Shown here in pieces: positions 14,178 to 27,729 of a DNA stretch of 64,000 nt. The translations under genes and the position numbers were made by a program. Origin of the DNA: Antedon mediterranea (Eukaryota > Animalia > Echinodermata); NCBI RefSeq assembly GCF_964355755.1, contig NC_092675.1:24958912-25022911 (forward strand), in the 5' to 3' direction. How positions within the stretch are numbered: position 1 is the first letter of the stretch; each line of letters starts with the position of its first letter. The notes under the pieces are model-generated. The model saw only the letters and a program-made list of their open reading frames with translations, made no database searches and was not told the DNA's origin.

Positions 14178-14335
14178 TCTCTGTCTACACTATCAAACTA
14201 GTTTGATAAATATGGTAGTGATATGCCAAATATGGTAGTGATATGCAAAGTATGGTAGTGATATGACATCATCATAATTATGTTACATACGTTACATTTT
14301 TTTTCACATCAAATTTGATTAGTGTAGACAGAGCT
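14178..14335. mobile_element. MITE family A (CTGTCTACACTATCAAAC...GTTTGATAGTGTAGACAG)
   Basis: TIRs plus internal AAATATGGTAGTGATATG repeats. Further copies at ~25922-26058, ~27290-27402 (partial), ~32893-33054, ~40645-40765 and a fragment at ~57851. Confidence 0.8.
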
Positions 14336-15092
14336 TTAGACAAACCTTTTTTAATGCAATGTAATGCTCCTAGACATTTTTAAATTTAATTAAGACAATA
14401 TTTTATTTCAAAAATAAAAATTCAAACGAATTTATATTACAAAAAAACGGGTATTTAATTAGGCTGTATAAAACAGTTGCCACTATTCTTCATGATGGAA
14501 ATCTACGAAGTATTAGTTCGATATAAGGGGTCTTTAACAAAATATGATATAGTTTAAATATGTCATTGGTATTGATAATCTGTATGATTATCATTATAAT
14601 AATTTTGAGTGATAATTTTCATACGGTAATGACTCATTAATATGTGTAATTAGATGTCTTTTGACACATGCCCTAGGTTAAAACATGTTTCAAAATGAAT
14701 CGAAGTATAAATAATTAAATTAATATAAAAAGGCGTAGTATAATGCCAAGGGATTATCGAATATTATCAGAGCTGTGGCTACAAAATTGATTGACGCGTG
14801 TCAAGAAAATCAACAACATTTACCGATGACAAGTTTTATAATTGTGTTTATGTCCCTCCTAACCACCTCTATAAATGTTTATAATATAATTAGTGTACCC
14901 ATAAGGTGGTTAATATAATTCGTACACGCGCATGTGTCATAGAAATTAACGGTGGCCATCGTACGAACTGATACACACAACTCATGGAGAAATAACAATA
15001 CTGTATACACCCGATGTAGAAAATGGAACTTTCGAAGTTGAATTCAGACAAGAGTGAATCAGTGAAGCATACCTGTAGGCCCTTGCTCTCGT

Positions 15093-15435
15093 ATGCTTGG
15101 TTACCACTAGGACGCAACGCAAGGACGTAGACGCAACGTAAAGCGTGGTTCCCACTAGCGACGCAACGCAAGGACGTAACGCAACGCAAATGAATTGTCC
15201 AATCACAAGCGATGGCTTATTCGCTTGTGATTGCTAACTGTCTATAACTTCGCTTTTCATTGGTTAAAACGCTTGCGTTGTGTTTACGTCCTTGCGTTAC
15301 GTTCTAGTGGGAACCAAGCTTTAGTGAGTTGACCAACCACAAGCGATGGATTATTGGAACTGCCGCTTGTCATTGGTTAATATGCCTGCGTTGAGTTTAC
15401 GTCCTTGCGTTGCGTCCTGGTGAAAACCAAAGCTT
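15093..15435. mobile_element. MITE family B: young copy (~15141-15322) nested inside an older copy of the same family
   Basis: TIR GCGTGGTTCCCACTAGCGACGCAAC / CGTTCTAGTGGGAACCAAGC. The flanks 15093-15140 and 15323-15435 reassemble into a diverged copy. Confidence 0.8.
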
Positions 15436-18029
15436 TCCATATACATAGATCAAGTAGAGAAGTTCACGCCTACTACGCCAAAGTACGGTCACGAGAAGAA
15501 TCTAACTGCAACATGTGTTTTAAAATGTTTTTCGGAAAAAATGAACGGAAGAAAGATTTTCAGATTGTCAACCATGAGAATTGATAGTTTTAGTTTAGCT
15601 CGACGGCCACGGTCACTCTACAAAAGTGAGGTCAGCGTGTCTAAATTACTCAAAGCGGACCAGCCCCGTCGGGCTTGATCCCCAGACATAAGTCATGGTA
15701 TCAATCCTGGGTCAGGGTCAGAAACTTTTAAAAGTGCACTTTTTGTTTCGCTTAACGGCATTTAGCGCGGGATTGGAATTTTAAAATCGAGTAGGATTTA
15801 TTTTATTTCGTAATGCATTACGTTGAAATTGTTTCGAAGGAACGTGAAAACGAAAAAAAAAAATGTTTTTGTAAATATCTGAAAAATTACTGAGAGCACT
15901 GATACTTTGATAAGGTTTCACTTCATGATATTGAAATAAAAGCAGATTGCATTTATGAATAACAATGGAAAAAATTAACTAATTAAGTTAAAATACTTTG
16001 ACATCTGACGTGAGCGTATTTTATTTCACCCCCTTTATTCAATCTGACGCAAGCCACAATGGAAAAAACATGCCATTAGGTATTTCAAGTTTACGTAAGA
16101 CATCACATATTTAACATTCTCCTTTTTTTTTTTGCACAATTGCACAATCCTCATTCAATACACATTACTCTTTAATTATTAACGTTTAAGAATATTGTAT
16201 AAAAACAAAAAAGAAAGTTTGATACTTACAGCAAACTTTGACAACAGTTTCCAGATTGAAAACAACTTTAAATTAGAAAATCAAAGCAGTGTTGTGTACA
16301 GGCCTTAAGCCCCATGCATCGATACGCAGTGAGAACACCTTGGAAACAATTTCAAATCGAAGCAAATTTGTGATGGAACTTTCGTGCAGAAGACTGATCC
16401 AGCATAGCTCACAAGTAGTGACTGTACACTAGTATATATCAGCACAGGAAATGCAAATTAACTTCTCTAGGTGCAATTCGCTACAAGTCATCACTATAAA
16501 GAATACAACACACAACTCAGGAAATGCTACGTCATTTTGACGAACTGTTAATTTCCCGCCAAAATCAAGCCTCTCTCATCACAATAAATGTTCTGAACGT
16601 TCTCATCCTACGAGAAACACAAATACATTTAACGAAATTAAACACACTATAGTAGCATGGTATACATTGTGTACTGAGCAATAGCATGTATAACTACCGA
16701 TGATACAGAGATAGTGAAAACCAGAAAACATAGAGGGTGATTATTTAGCATGTCACTTAGTACGTTCTCAGCCACAAATGGTGGGAAATGATACGAACTT
16801 TATTTACCTTTTTGGGCACTAAACAATTTAGACTTACCAGAGCATGCTTATGTGACCAAAGTTACTGTTTGTAAACAACTCAGTAAGTTACCTTAAATTA
16901 ATTTAAAATACATAATGCAGGCCAAAACAGAACCAAGTGTTGAGTAATAGGCTAACGTTGAGTAAATCTGAGACAAAAATTCAATTAAGTCCTCCAAACA
17001 AGAATGTCAGACAAGTAGCGTTTAGGTTAATTGATCTGAATTAAAGTAAATTGAGCGAAAAGTGAAAATGACACTCGTTGGTAGCCTAATTTAATTACAA
17101 TAAATAAAGCATCACCTCACTGCACAAAATGACATTAAATAAGTAAGTAGAAAAACAGTTTACTCTGCCCCATTATGTCATGTCATGCACTCCTTAGGCC
17201 TACATAATAATTTGATTACAAACTAATGTAAAATTAAAATTCTTTCTTTAGATTCGGAATGTTCCATTTTGAGCGTATTTAACTTAATAGACTTGCTACC
17301 CTGGCCGACCCTGGCGCGGCAGAAATCATAGAAAGTTCTTATTTACTTAACAAGTTTGTTAAGTCATGGTATTCACACCAGAAGCAAACAAATACTGAGA
17401 TCGGGTGAATAATAGGCAGCTGTCTGTGGATCTCCAATCATTTCGGTGTAACTAATACCGTGCCATCAATGTTGTGTAGGCCTAGGCCTCGTGACGGTTG
17501 AGTACCGTATAACGTTTTCCTGTATTTCTCACATTCAAACATCATGACCATGAGGGTAAATATAAGGAATTAGAGTAATTGGGTACTGCTCTGACACAGC
17601 AGGAAGTATATATCATTAATAATGTTTATGAATTGAATTGAGAATGTTTGTCCTTAGTTGATTTACAAATACTTCGTAATGTATAAGCAAAGCAATTAAA
17701 TAAGGACGTATTGCCTACTCTAATTGAACATCCACAACGTGACTACATGCTCATATGTTTGATTCTGTTAGAATTCATCGTCTATGATTTGATATGATCG
17801 GGGAAGATCGTGATCGACTCTTCCTTGGTATTATACTTCTGCACAGTTTATAAGAAAAGCGTTGTGCCCGCGAGATAGTCAAGGAGGCTGGACGGAATCA
17901 TTACAAAACAGTATCAACGAAAAAGATTTAGTATTTAGAAAAAATGGGTTGTAAACTCGAATTGGGCATACGCACACCCCAAATTACCTGGGAGTCGAGA
18001 GGAGAGTCTATGAAAATATATTTTGATTA

Positions 18030-18090
18030 GGCACTTTAGTCACGTGAGATTTTACGTTGGTGGGCTCATGCGCACGAATGTTTAGGCCTA
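18030..18090 (+). promoter_or_regulatory. Probable IPMK promoter region
   Basis: GTCACGTGA E-box (18039-18047) and NRF1-like CATGCGCA (18067-18074) in a CpG-retaining zone upstream of the IPMK 5'UTR acceptor (19833-19834). TSS not determinable. Confidence 0.4.
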
Positions 18091-18788
18091 CTAATTGTTA
18101 AAGAATATGATTGATAATAAATACAATAAAAGCATCATTAATGAAGAAAGAACAATAATTAAAACTGTCAATGAATCGAGCGGCGTTTTTTGTATTCTAC
18201 TTGATGAGAAGTTTCGAAAGTTAGATTTATAAGCACGCCCTCTCGAGTCACAAAGTAACTGCTTAAAAATAAGATTAATCACAAAAACCATCACAACAAT
18301 ACATTACAAAGCAAGAAGGACGACGGGCGTTGACCAGGGTGTATACTTTTTTAGTGTCAACTTAATTAATTGGTAACATAACCATTATTTTCTGAAATCG
18401 TGTTTAGTCAACTGAACAGTATACGTGAATATGGTAACCACTTAGTACAATGTGTTGTGAGCTAACTAAGAATAGAAAATAAGTAGTAAACATTCCTAGG
18501 CCAGCCGGGCTAGGCCTACTGGTAAATATTTTATTGGTGGCTGGCGGTCAGGTATTGCTGTGTAGTTATTTTGGTATTATACATTGTTTACGGCCGCCAA
18601 CGAAGTCGGGCACACCAATTTTTCTGTATTTCTTATTAAATTCCCGTAATCGATTACTCGCTCTCAGTTTCTAAATAGGCGTGCAGAGAGTGCATGACTC
18701 ACCTTTTTTTGCACATGTAATTATAGTATAATTATTATAATATAATTGTAATATAGATAGTAAGGAGAGTATATAGTTAAAATGTATA

Positions 18789-19587
18789 TGTTATGCGCGA
18801 TTTGAACGATTTGCGCAATTTGAAATTGCGCAAAAAAAATCCTTGCGCAATTTGAATTGAAACATGTGTTTCAAATTGCGCAAGCAACGTATTAAATTGC
18901 GCAAGTAATCTGCAAATTGCGCAAGGTTTTTCGACAGATTGTGAAATCATGCACACCCATATTTTTATAGTAATTTCTAAGAATGATTCAAAATTAAACA
19001 TAAATATCGCATTTCCTTATTTTAGTAGTGCAAATATTGTTATAAGTTAGCATACCGTCGAAGAACCGACGAAGGAAAACGAAGCGGTAGTGTTCCACAG
19101 GGCGGGCGCGGCGCGGGCGGCCGGCTATACTACTCTAGCCTAGCTAGGGTCTGGACTACTGATACTGACTAGGTTACATGGCCTAGCTTAAACTAATATT
19201 AAAAACTTAAAAAGTGAGTATTAAACATTATCTTCATTGAAATGGTCTTATTTATATAATAAAATACTAAATTTTAAACTCCTCTGCCTAGGCCTAGCCT
19301 AGCCATGTATGGGAAAATTTACAGTTCGTTTTCAAATTGCGCAAAGGTGTCATATTGCGCAAGAACTATCTTGCGCAATTTACAAATTGTGCAGCGCAAT
19401 TTAAAATTGCGCAAAGATTTTCTTGCGCAATTTGAAATTGCGCAAGTTGATTGCGCAATTTCAAATTGCGCAAAAAAATCCTTGCGCAATTTTAAATTGC
19501 GCAAGAATTCTTTGCGCAATTTCAAATTGCGCAAGGATTTTTTTGCGCAATTTCAAATTGCGCAAATCGTTCAAATCGCGCATAACA
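18789..19587 (+). mobile_element. Non-autonomous TGT..ACA transposon (Ginger-like), copy 1, with TTGCGCAA arrays
   Basis: TIR TGTTATGCGCGATTTGAACGATTTGCGCAATTTGAAATTGCGC at both ends; 4-bp TSD TATA; about 20 TTGCGCAA octamers; GC-rich core ~19100-19126. Confidence 0.85.
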
Positions 19588-19934
19588 TATATTATATTGT
19601 GATAATTATCACTACTACTGTACATTTCGTGAGGCACTTGTTTTTTTATTCAGAATAAATAGTGTACATTGGTCTCTAATTTTTCACATATTTTGAAAAA
19701 CATTGTTTTAAAATCAATAAATAAAATCAAGTGTTATGGTCAGTGTGTACAGTACTATTATTTATATTACATTTGATTAATATTATTACATATATTTTAT
19801 TATTTTAAAAACATTTCTTTCTTTATCTCTATAGACCTCCAGATATATGGGAAGTTTACAACTATGAACCTGTCTTTTTTAAATGCTGGTTTTAAGTGAA
19901 TTTAAGTGTGAAAAGGGCGTGTTAAGAGATAGCC

Positions 19935-22900
19935 ATGCAGTCTCCTGTCCTGCAAAGTGCTGGTGGTGTACAAAAGCAAGAGGAAAATGACATCAAATTG
20001 CCAGACAGCGATTCACAAAGGCCAACAACACCACCGTTGCCCACTGATTGTGAGCCCCTCTCCCACCAAGTTGCTGGCCATGTTCATGGCAAAGGCAAAA
20101 CAAAAATTGGTATGTCATCATGAATTAGCCAAAAATTAAAATTTACTCTTTAAGAAAACTGATATGAATTCAGCAGAGTAAAATTTATGACATAAAAGGT
20201 TAAAATAAAGACTTAAATTTTGTTGCCAATTATAGTCACAATGAGGATAGAAAAAGGCTTCATCCAAAGACCAATTGTCTAATTTATCATATTTTAAATT
20301 AAAATGTTTATTTGAATAAATTAAATTTTTTTTTTTCAATAGGCATGCTTCAGTATAAGGATGGCACAATTCTAAAACCATTTCAACGGCCAAGTCGAGG
20401 GCAGAAGGAGGCTTTATTTTACCAACGTGTCTTCTCTCCGGATCCTACATTACCTTTAAAGGTTCCCATGGAAACACTACAACCATTTATACCTTGTTAT
20501 TATGGAACTGTTGCTTTTAAAGAAGATCCAAATCGTATCCTTGTCTGTGTTATACTCAATTTTTAGTTAAGTTGTGTGAGATTTGAAAATATGCGTGCGT
20601 CATATGGATGTGACCCTCCACAGAGAGGCCCTACATATAGTAATATTGTGTCCACATAGGACTGGTTTACAGGGTCTGTTTCTGCTGCATAATGCAATTT
20701 AACCGATTAGAAATGCTCTTATATATCTGTGAATCTTTTCTATTGCCTGCCATCCTTCCCCATACTTTCTCTTCCCCCCACAACTGAATAACATATCTTG
20801 TGATTTCATTCATCCACATACATGTTCACTTCTTCGTTCGACTGTCAAAACCACGAGGAAAACACACATGGTACGCGACGGTATCTGACCCGGGGTCACA
20901 ACTGTCAATCAAATAACCGTTATTTTGTGTTGCAGCTAACATTCAGTGGCGGTTTCATCGCTGTTGGTTAACAACTGAATAAAATAAAAAATAAAAAGAA
21001 TTGCTCAGCGATAACCGGTTAAACGGCGTTCTAACACCGATTTAAATTGGTGTTTTTAACCGGTGATTTTGCGCTGCCTTTTAACCACAAATTTGTCCTG
21101 TTTCTGCTGCCAAGAAAATGGAGTTAATTTATTCACACCGATTTTAACCGGTTATTTTTATGAAGCAGAAACAGGCCCACAGTTGCCCATTTCAGTTGTT
21201 TTGCTTTCTTTAACTTTGTAACAAAGTGTACTACCTCAAGCTTGAAGATGTGACCAAGAAATATAGAAAACCATGTATTATGGATGTTAAGATTGGATGC
21301 CAAACATACGAAGATAGTGCCACACAGTTCAAGAAAGAAAATGCAAAGATCAAATATCCAAATATGCTAAAAGTGGGCTTCCAGATTTCCGGTATGCGGG
21401 TAAGTTAACAGCGTACAGTTATCTCTACTAAAGATAAAATATGGGGCTTCTATTTGGGCAAGTAAACTGCCACACAATCAACTCACAAAGGTCAAAATCT
21501 TCGGCTCAGGTATGCGGGCAAGTAGAATGCATAAACAATCAACTTGCCAAAGGTTAAAGATCAAAATATAGGGCTTCCATTCGGGCAATTAAACTGCCAC
21601 ACAATCAACTAACCAAAGGTTTAAGATCAAAATATAGGGCTTCCATTCGGGCAATTAAACTGCCACACAATCAACTAACCAAAGGTTAAAGATCAAATAT
21701 GGGGCTTCCATTCGGGCAATTAAACTGCCACACAATCAACTAACCAAAGGTTAAAGATCAAATATGGGGCTTCCAGTATGCGGGCTAGTAAACTTCCTAC
21801 ACAATCAACTCAACTAATGGTTTAAAGATCAAAATATGGGGCTTCCGGTATGCAGACTAGTAAACTGCCTTCACAATCAACTCATCCAGGATTCAATATC
21901 AAAATTCGGCTTCTAGCATACGGTCAAGTAAACAGCCTACAGACAAATATTGACCCAAGATCAAATATACTGAAATTAAGCTTCTATATTTCTATACAAG
22001 ACAATATCCTGCACAGTTATTAAATTACAACAAGTGGGTTTATTATCGATGTTCTACCATACTGGCTCAAACCTACATGTTTGTACATGTTTTATTAATT
22101 TCTTAAATATAAAAACATTTCATTATTTCAACATTGTTTAGTACATGGGCCATCTAAATCCACTAAAAATAAAACAATTTGGTATCAAAACATTACTTTG
22201 CACCTACATGCATACAATTACTATTTAACATCATACAAGCCTTCAATATCAAGGAAATCAATATGCATCACTGAGGCATTTGTAATGCAGGTATTGTCTG
22301 TGTTTGGTGCAGACACAATGTATGCATGCTCAGATTCAATTGTTTGTGATGTGTCTATAAACTGCTGAATATTTTTCTGCATGAGTGCACATAAGGTTTT
22401 GTACAATTGTTGCCTTAATTCAGGGCCACTAACTGCCAGTTTAAGATGGTTCATAAGATCAAATATTAAATAGTGTTTAATCATCACAATAACCTATAAA
22501 TTCGTATGAGTTTTAAATAATAGAATGATTTAAATGGAAAGAATTATTAACAACATGATAAAAGTAAATATAATTCATACTAGAGAGTGAGTGTTGTAAT
22601 ATAAAAATAATTGTACCGTAATATCTTGTAATCCACAAAATTCATGGATAATAGGCTCGTCACAACAAGATGCCCCCCGATCTGCTAAATCGTTTTTTGG
22701 TGTATAGTTCAAATTCATTGGACCTGGTCAACCCATTATACTAAAAAGTGACACAAAAATATCAATTATTTTCAGATCTATTATGCAAATTCAAATAAAT
22801 ATGAATATTATGATAAGTCCTATGGACGTCATTTTGAAGAAGATACAGTCATTGAAGGTAGGATTATATATTTTTTTTAAATCGTTAATCATATTATTAC

Positions 22901-24002
22901 ACCAGACACCAGTCATAAATGGCCGTCATTTGTAATTTACAATCAACACATGCCATGTTTGGCCAGACGGTGTTATTGTACAGTATGTTGACCTTTAGTT
23001 GGAGAGCCACTTTACTGTGCCTTTATATTTTCTATATGTACTATGACTTTTTGATTATCATCAATATTGTCTTAAGAATATATAATTATTTAAATGAATT
23101 CCATACACTTAATTCAGTCATAATAATGTGGAAAGTTAAGTAATTAATTATATCAAAATCAAAGGTTAATGATATTGGCAAACATAAATTTCTTCAATGA
23201 TTTGCATTTTTTATTATATTTATGTATTATATATAGCGTTTAATTATTTTGTTTTTTAGGCCTTAAGAAGTTCTTCCAGTTTGACGAGAACTTTCAGTTT
23301 GAAGCTGTAACAGAAATGCTTTATCTTTTGTATCGGTTAGAAGATTGGTTTGTACATCAAAACATGTTCCATTTTATCTCCAGTTCCATATTATTTGTGT
23401 ACGAGGGAGACAAATCTGATGACAGTGTCTTAAAGGTTAAACCGTGTGATAGTATTCCAAAGTTGGTACCAAAGAATTATACATCCAAAGCTAATGAGGT
23501 ATTTGACAAGGAAGAAGTGACAACTGAGAATGGCATTCAAAACTCTTGGTATGTTGATCACTTCACCGGTAAACCAATAATTAGTGAATCTGTGCTTAGG
23601 CCAAATTGTTTATTATGTGATGACTGTTCTTGCTCATGTGAAGAACAACAATTACCAAATGATAAAATGCACACACAAATGAACAAATGCAATAATGGAT
23701 TTAGTGGGGACATTATCCTTTTAGACAGAATAAAAAACATGAAACCAAATGGTTGTCTAGAAAATAAAACATGCTTCCCAGACAAAATGAGCCTAGCTAA
23801 AAAACTAAATAGCAATTTAGAAAACGAAAAATGTGAGAATGACGAGAAAGAAAATGGTCTGAAATCAAGTAATTTAGTAGACTTGAAAATGATTGATTTT
23901 ACACATGTTATTGAAGGTAATACACGGGATAACAATTATTTATTTGGGTTAAGAAAATTAATCCAAAACTTGGAAGTTCTTAAGGGTACACAAACAAAAT
24001 AA
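19935..24002 (+). CDS. IPMK: Inositol polyphosphate multikinase, 5 coding exons, 454 aa
   Basis: Exons 19935-20109, 20343-20534, 21227-21399, 22776-22857 and 23260-24002 (1365 nt, in frame). Motifs: PLSHQVAGH, YLKLEDVT..KPCIMDVKIG (PxxxDxKxG), SSSILFVYEG, MIDFTH, DNNYLFGL. Confidence 0.93.
20535..21226 (+). other. U12-type (minor spliceosome) GT-AG intron in IPMK
   Basis: 5' splice site GTATCCTTG; branch box TTTCTTTAAC (21205-21214) about 12 nt before the AAG acceptor, with no long polypyrimidine tract. Splicing restores DPNLYYLKLEDVT. Confidence 0.8.
20672..21178. mobile_element. MITE inside the IPMK U12 intron
   Basis: TIR GGGTCTGTTTCTGCTGCATAA versus terminal TTATGAAGCAGAAACAGGCCC (reverse complement, 2 mismatches); internal AACCG/CGGTT subrepeats. 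Confidence 0.65.
21346..21970 (+). repeat. ~65-bp minisatellite in IPMK intron 3, derived from the exon 3 end and donor
   Basis: Unit AAGATCAAAATATRGGGCTTCC(GGTATG/ATT)CGGGCAAKTAAACTGCCACACAATCAACTAACCAAAGGTT, about 8-9 copies. Confidence 0.85.
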
Positions 24003-24189
24003 TCAATTTAAAATAATATGCATAATCATTTTTTTAAATACAATTAATTGATTAAAATATTACATAAAAATACACTTTAATCTAATCTACTTATTACATT
24101 AAAATATATATTATTACTTCCAACACAATTAGTAACGTACGGTAATGTAGGGGCCCTGCAACGCTGGGTAGTTGCATCGGGGCTCATGC

Positions 24190-24280
24190 TCTGGGGCACT
24201 TAAGTTCTGGGGCACTTAAGTTCTGGGGCACTTAAGTTCTGGGGCACTTAGGTTCTGGGGCACTTAGGTTCTGGGGCCCT
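24190..24280. repeat. 16-bp tandem repeat (CTGGGGCACTTARGTT)x5
   Basis: Directly visible in the IPMK 3' region. Confidence 0.9.
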
Positions 24281-25921
24281 GGGTTTAATCGTTACGTCAC
24301 TAGCATTTAGGGTATGGTAAAAATATCATAATATAAAGAAAATATATTTTTGTATACATTACACTTAACTGAATTAATTACTGTATATTAAAATAAATTT
24401 AATATAGATTATAAAAATAACAATGATGTAAGAATTATAATTATGTAAATATAATAATAGAAATGAATAATAATAATGGGTTAGATTTTACATAACCAAA
24501 TTTATGAAAAATATAGTAATAGTTAGAAATTGATCACTATGGATTATTGATTAATGTACTATTGATTATTGATTAATATAAAAGCATGGTCAAAAAAATA
24601 TATTGATTTATTTGTAAAAAAATATTACAATTTATTACTAAATGAGAAACTACCAATATTTTAATTTAGTGAACTCTATTAATGTAAATTGAGATATAAG
24701 GAAATCTCTTTCATTTATCATTTACACAATAAGTGTACAAAAAGTAAATTTTTATTTAAATATATTTTCACAAAACATAGGATAAATACACACAAAAAAA
24801 GTACCAAAAAACAACTTATTTCTGTAATTATCCCACATAAGTTTATCAGTTTGTATATTAATACATATTTTTATTTTTTTAACATTTTTAAAACTTAAAA
24901 AGAAAGTATGTAGTGCCTTAATGTGACCAATTGAATAGAAACATAGAGTAGTAGTCGACTCTATATATATATGCCTGAATTTCTCAATACAATTGTATTA
25001 ATTTAATATTCTTTATCAAATTTGGATTTGGGCAAGAATTTGTTAGGGGAGAGTTGTTAAGTTTAACTACAATAGGTATATGCATGTATATTTATCTTAC
25101 TTTGCCTTCCTGCCACTTACAGGGTACTAATAGTTAGATTTCTTAATATTTTAGTAAGAAACTCTACTTTTTAAGATGTGAAGGGAACTTGCCACATTAA
25201 GGGTAACTGTTACCAAATTTGTAAACAAATGGATAAACGAATACCAAAAATGCTTTATTTTTATTCTTAAACAGAGTGATTTTATACTAATTATATTTTA
25301 GTTGATTGCTACTATTTTATTTATTTCTGTACATTAGATATATACAGTATTTTAATTTTTAAAATACTTATATTAAATTATCATTTTCACCCCCGCAGAT
25401 TGTCTATTTACCATTTCATATTTAATCATTATTTATTGAAAACTGCCAAACATTTCACACTGCGACGCTACTATTTAATAATAACCTCATTAATATTAAT
25501 TAACAACAAAATAAAGACAGGTGGCCGCTGCACACAAGAATAAATAACATGCAATAAATTTCATATTGTAAATGTTTATTTTTACCATGGTATAAAATAC
25601 ATAAAGGCTTGCCTATGGCACTGCAGCAAGCAACGCACTATATGGCTATAGACTCGTTTGAGTTAAATATTGTACTCCATAGATTACTAATTAGTATTTA
25701 CTGTATTCATAGAGATATTATGGTAAATATGTACTATAATATCTCTATGTAGTATTATTTGTTGAGCTACTGATAGAATATTCAACCAGTGAAAGTATAT
25801 ACTGTATATGTTGGTGTCCTTAACAATTTCAGATGACACAATATTGTTTATATTTTACAATACAGTAGAATGGTTTGCATTGAAATAATAGGATTAAATA
25901 CTGATTAAATAATTCTTCTAA

Positions 25922-26058
25922 AGCCCTGTCTACACTATCAAACTAGACAAAAAGGTGCGATGTGCCCAAATATGGTATGGTAATATGGTATCACCATGTC
26001 CATATATGGGCATATCACATTTTTTTATCACATAAAGTTTGATAGTGTAGACAAGGCC
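25922..26058. mobile_element. MITE family A copy
   Basis: CTGTCTACACTATCAAAC...GTTTGATAGTGTAGAC. Confidence 0.75.
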
Positions 26059-26656
26059 TAAAAAATCAATTTTCAATATAATAATTATTCAATATGGTGA
26101 ATTATTTTTCATTTAAGTTTGTACTGTAAGTTTAATGTATGTTCCTAATATAAGTTATAATATTTGAAGTTATGTTTTGCTATGAAGATATTTATTTTAC
26201 TTTATGAAATGTATTCAAAAGCTTTTTGTTTTAACGTCCACAACCAATAACAAGTTTATGTAGTGTCAATAGCTGTGTAATATACTGCTATGAAATGTTA
26301 TTTATAGGGTGCATAAGTACAGTAAGTTTATAAAAACCAGGTAGGCAATCAAAAGATTTAAATAACGCTATGACATATTGCAATCTGGTAATGGTAACAA
26401 CTTTCTAGTATCATTTCATATATTTATAACAATTTTCTTACAAATTTCATATCCTGTATAGCTGTTGAAAAGCAGAATTGTAGGCTTTACACAATAAATT
26501 AATTTTGTTTTTATACACGGATTTGTTTTATCATTTTGTTAGTAAGTGAAATTAGGATACAGTATTTGATAGGGACTTTACGAAAGATGACGGTTAGGGG
26601 AGGATGACGAATATCACGTCTCACTACATTATTTAAATCAGCATAGTGCCTTCCTG

Positions 26657-27729
26657 TCATGAATCTTTAAGATTTCTGTCCTTAGTCTCTCTTGCTTTCC
26701 CTCCTAAACATTTTGGTGAGTTCGAAACAATGGCATCATTATCATTCCACTGTTCTGGTGAAAATGCCTGTATAACAAAATAAAATTTATAACAACTACC
26801 GTATATTCTCGTGTATAATCTCACTAAAAACAGGCATATCTGCAGGTATAGTGCCAGTATTGACTTTTGGTCTAGATGTGGGGCCTCTCTCTAGCCAGTT
26901 CAGATGAGTTATGCTTTAACAATCATTTTTTTCCTGAAACAAGGTTTCTCTGGGTATAGTCTCGCACTTTAAAGTCAGCCCAATTTCGTGTTTTAGGGGG
27001 TGGGATTATACCAGTTGGTATATGGTAGATATTTTGAATTTAAAGCAATGAACTGTATGCTTCTTGTATGTAAATTAGTATGACCCACCTGTATAGACAA
27101 TGCATGAACATGTCCACTTAATTCCTCCTTTAACGTATCATTCACCAAACGATGACACTGCACAAGTTTTTTATCTTTGAATTTCTCTGATACTATAACT
27201 ACTTTGAAATGAGTCTCTGAACCATGGGGTACGTTGTGCATGTAACTTTCATTGGAAACATCCAAAACTGAAGGCTGAGAAAACAAAACAGTGCAAAAGT
27301 GCCCAAATGTGGTACAATAGTGATATTCCAAAATATGATAGTGATATGACATCATCATGTCCATGGGCCCATCACATAAAGTTTGATATTGTAGACAGAG
27401 CTTAAGATCCTATAAATTTAGAGTCAATTTGTTTAAAATCATAACACTGAATACTAATAGTATTATTAAATGCAATGCAATGTATATTTAGAGGGAAAGG
27501 TACTGTATTTTTTGTGTCTAATGCAGTTTTTAGCTTGAGCATTAAAATGTTTGGAATGTAAATAAATAATATTTATAACATTCATAATTTTCACCAGTTA
27601 TTTTTTATTGATTGATACCTGAAGGTGGTGAACAAGTTTGTTGATTATAGTCTTCTCCACCACTCCACTAGCATTGCTAAACTTAGCTGAGTTTGGATTA
27701 AACAGCAACAGTCTTGTTGTTCGTAACAT
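26657..27729 (-). CDS. BOLA1: BolA-like protein 1 (mitochondrial Fe-S/glutaredoxin partner), 3 coding exons, 135 aa
   Basis: Exons 27729-27619, 27274-27089 and 26767-26657. Motifs: NESYMHNVPHGSETHFKVVIVS, HRLVN..L..EL..HVHALSIQA.SPEQW, SPKCLGG. Arg/Leu-rich N-terminus resembles a targeting peptide. Likely 5'UTR exon donor at 29058-29059. Confidence 0.93.

Noticed and set aside
18777-19658. Repetitive ORFs (LRNFKLRK/FAQFEIAQ), also at 27858-28154
   Set aside because: They are translations of the TTGCGCAA arrays of the transposon; no protein-like features.
21420-21970. Repeat arrays as CRISPR-like (also 3655-3835, 24190-24280, 55575-55790)
   Set aside because: Eukaryotic intronic tandem repeats with no unique spacers and no cas genes.
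27605-27618. U12 donor in BOLA1 (GTATCAAT)
   Set aside because: Lacks the CCTT of the U12 consensus, and no U12 branch box is seen.
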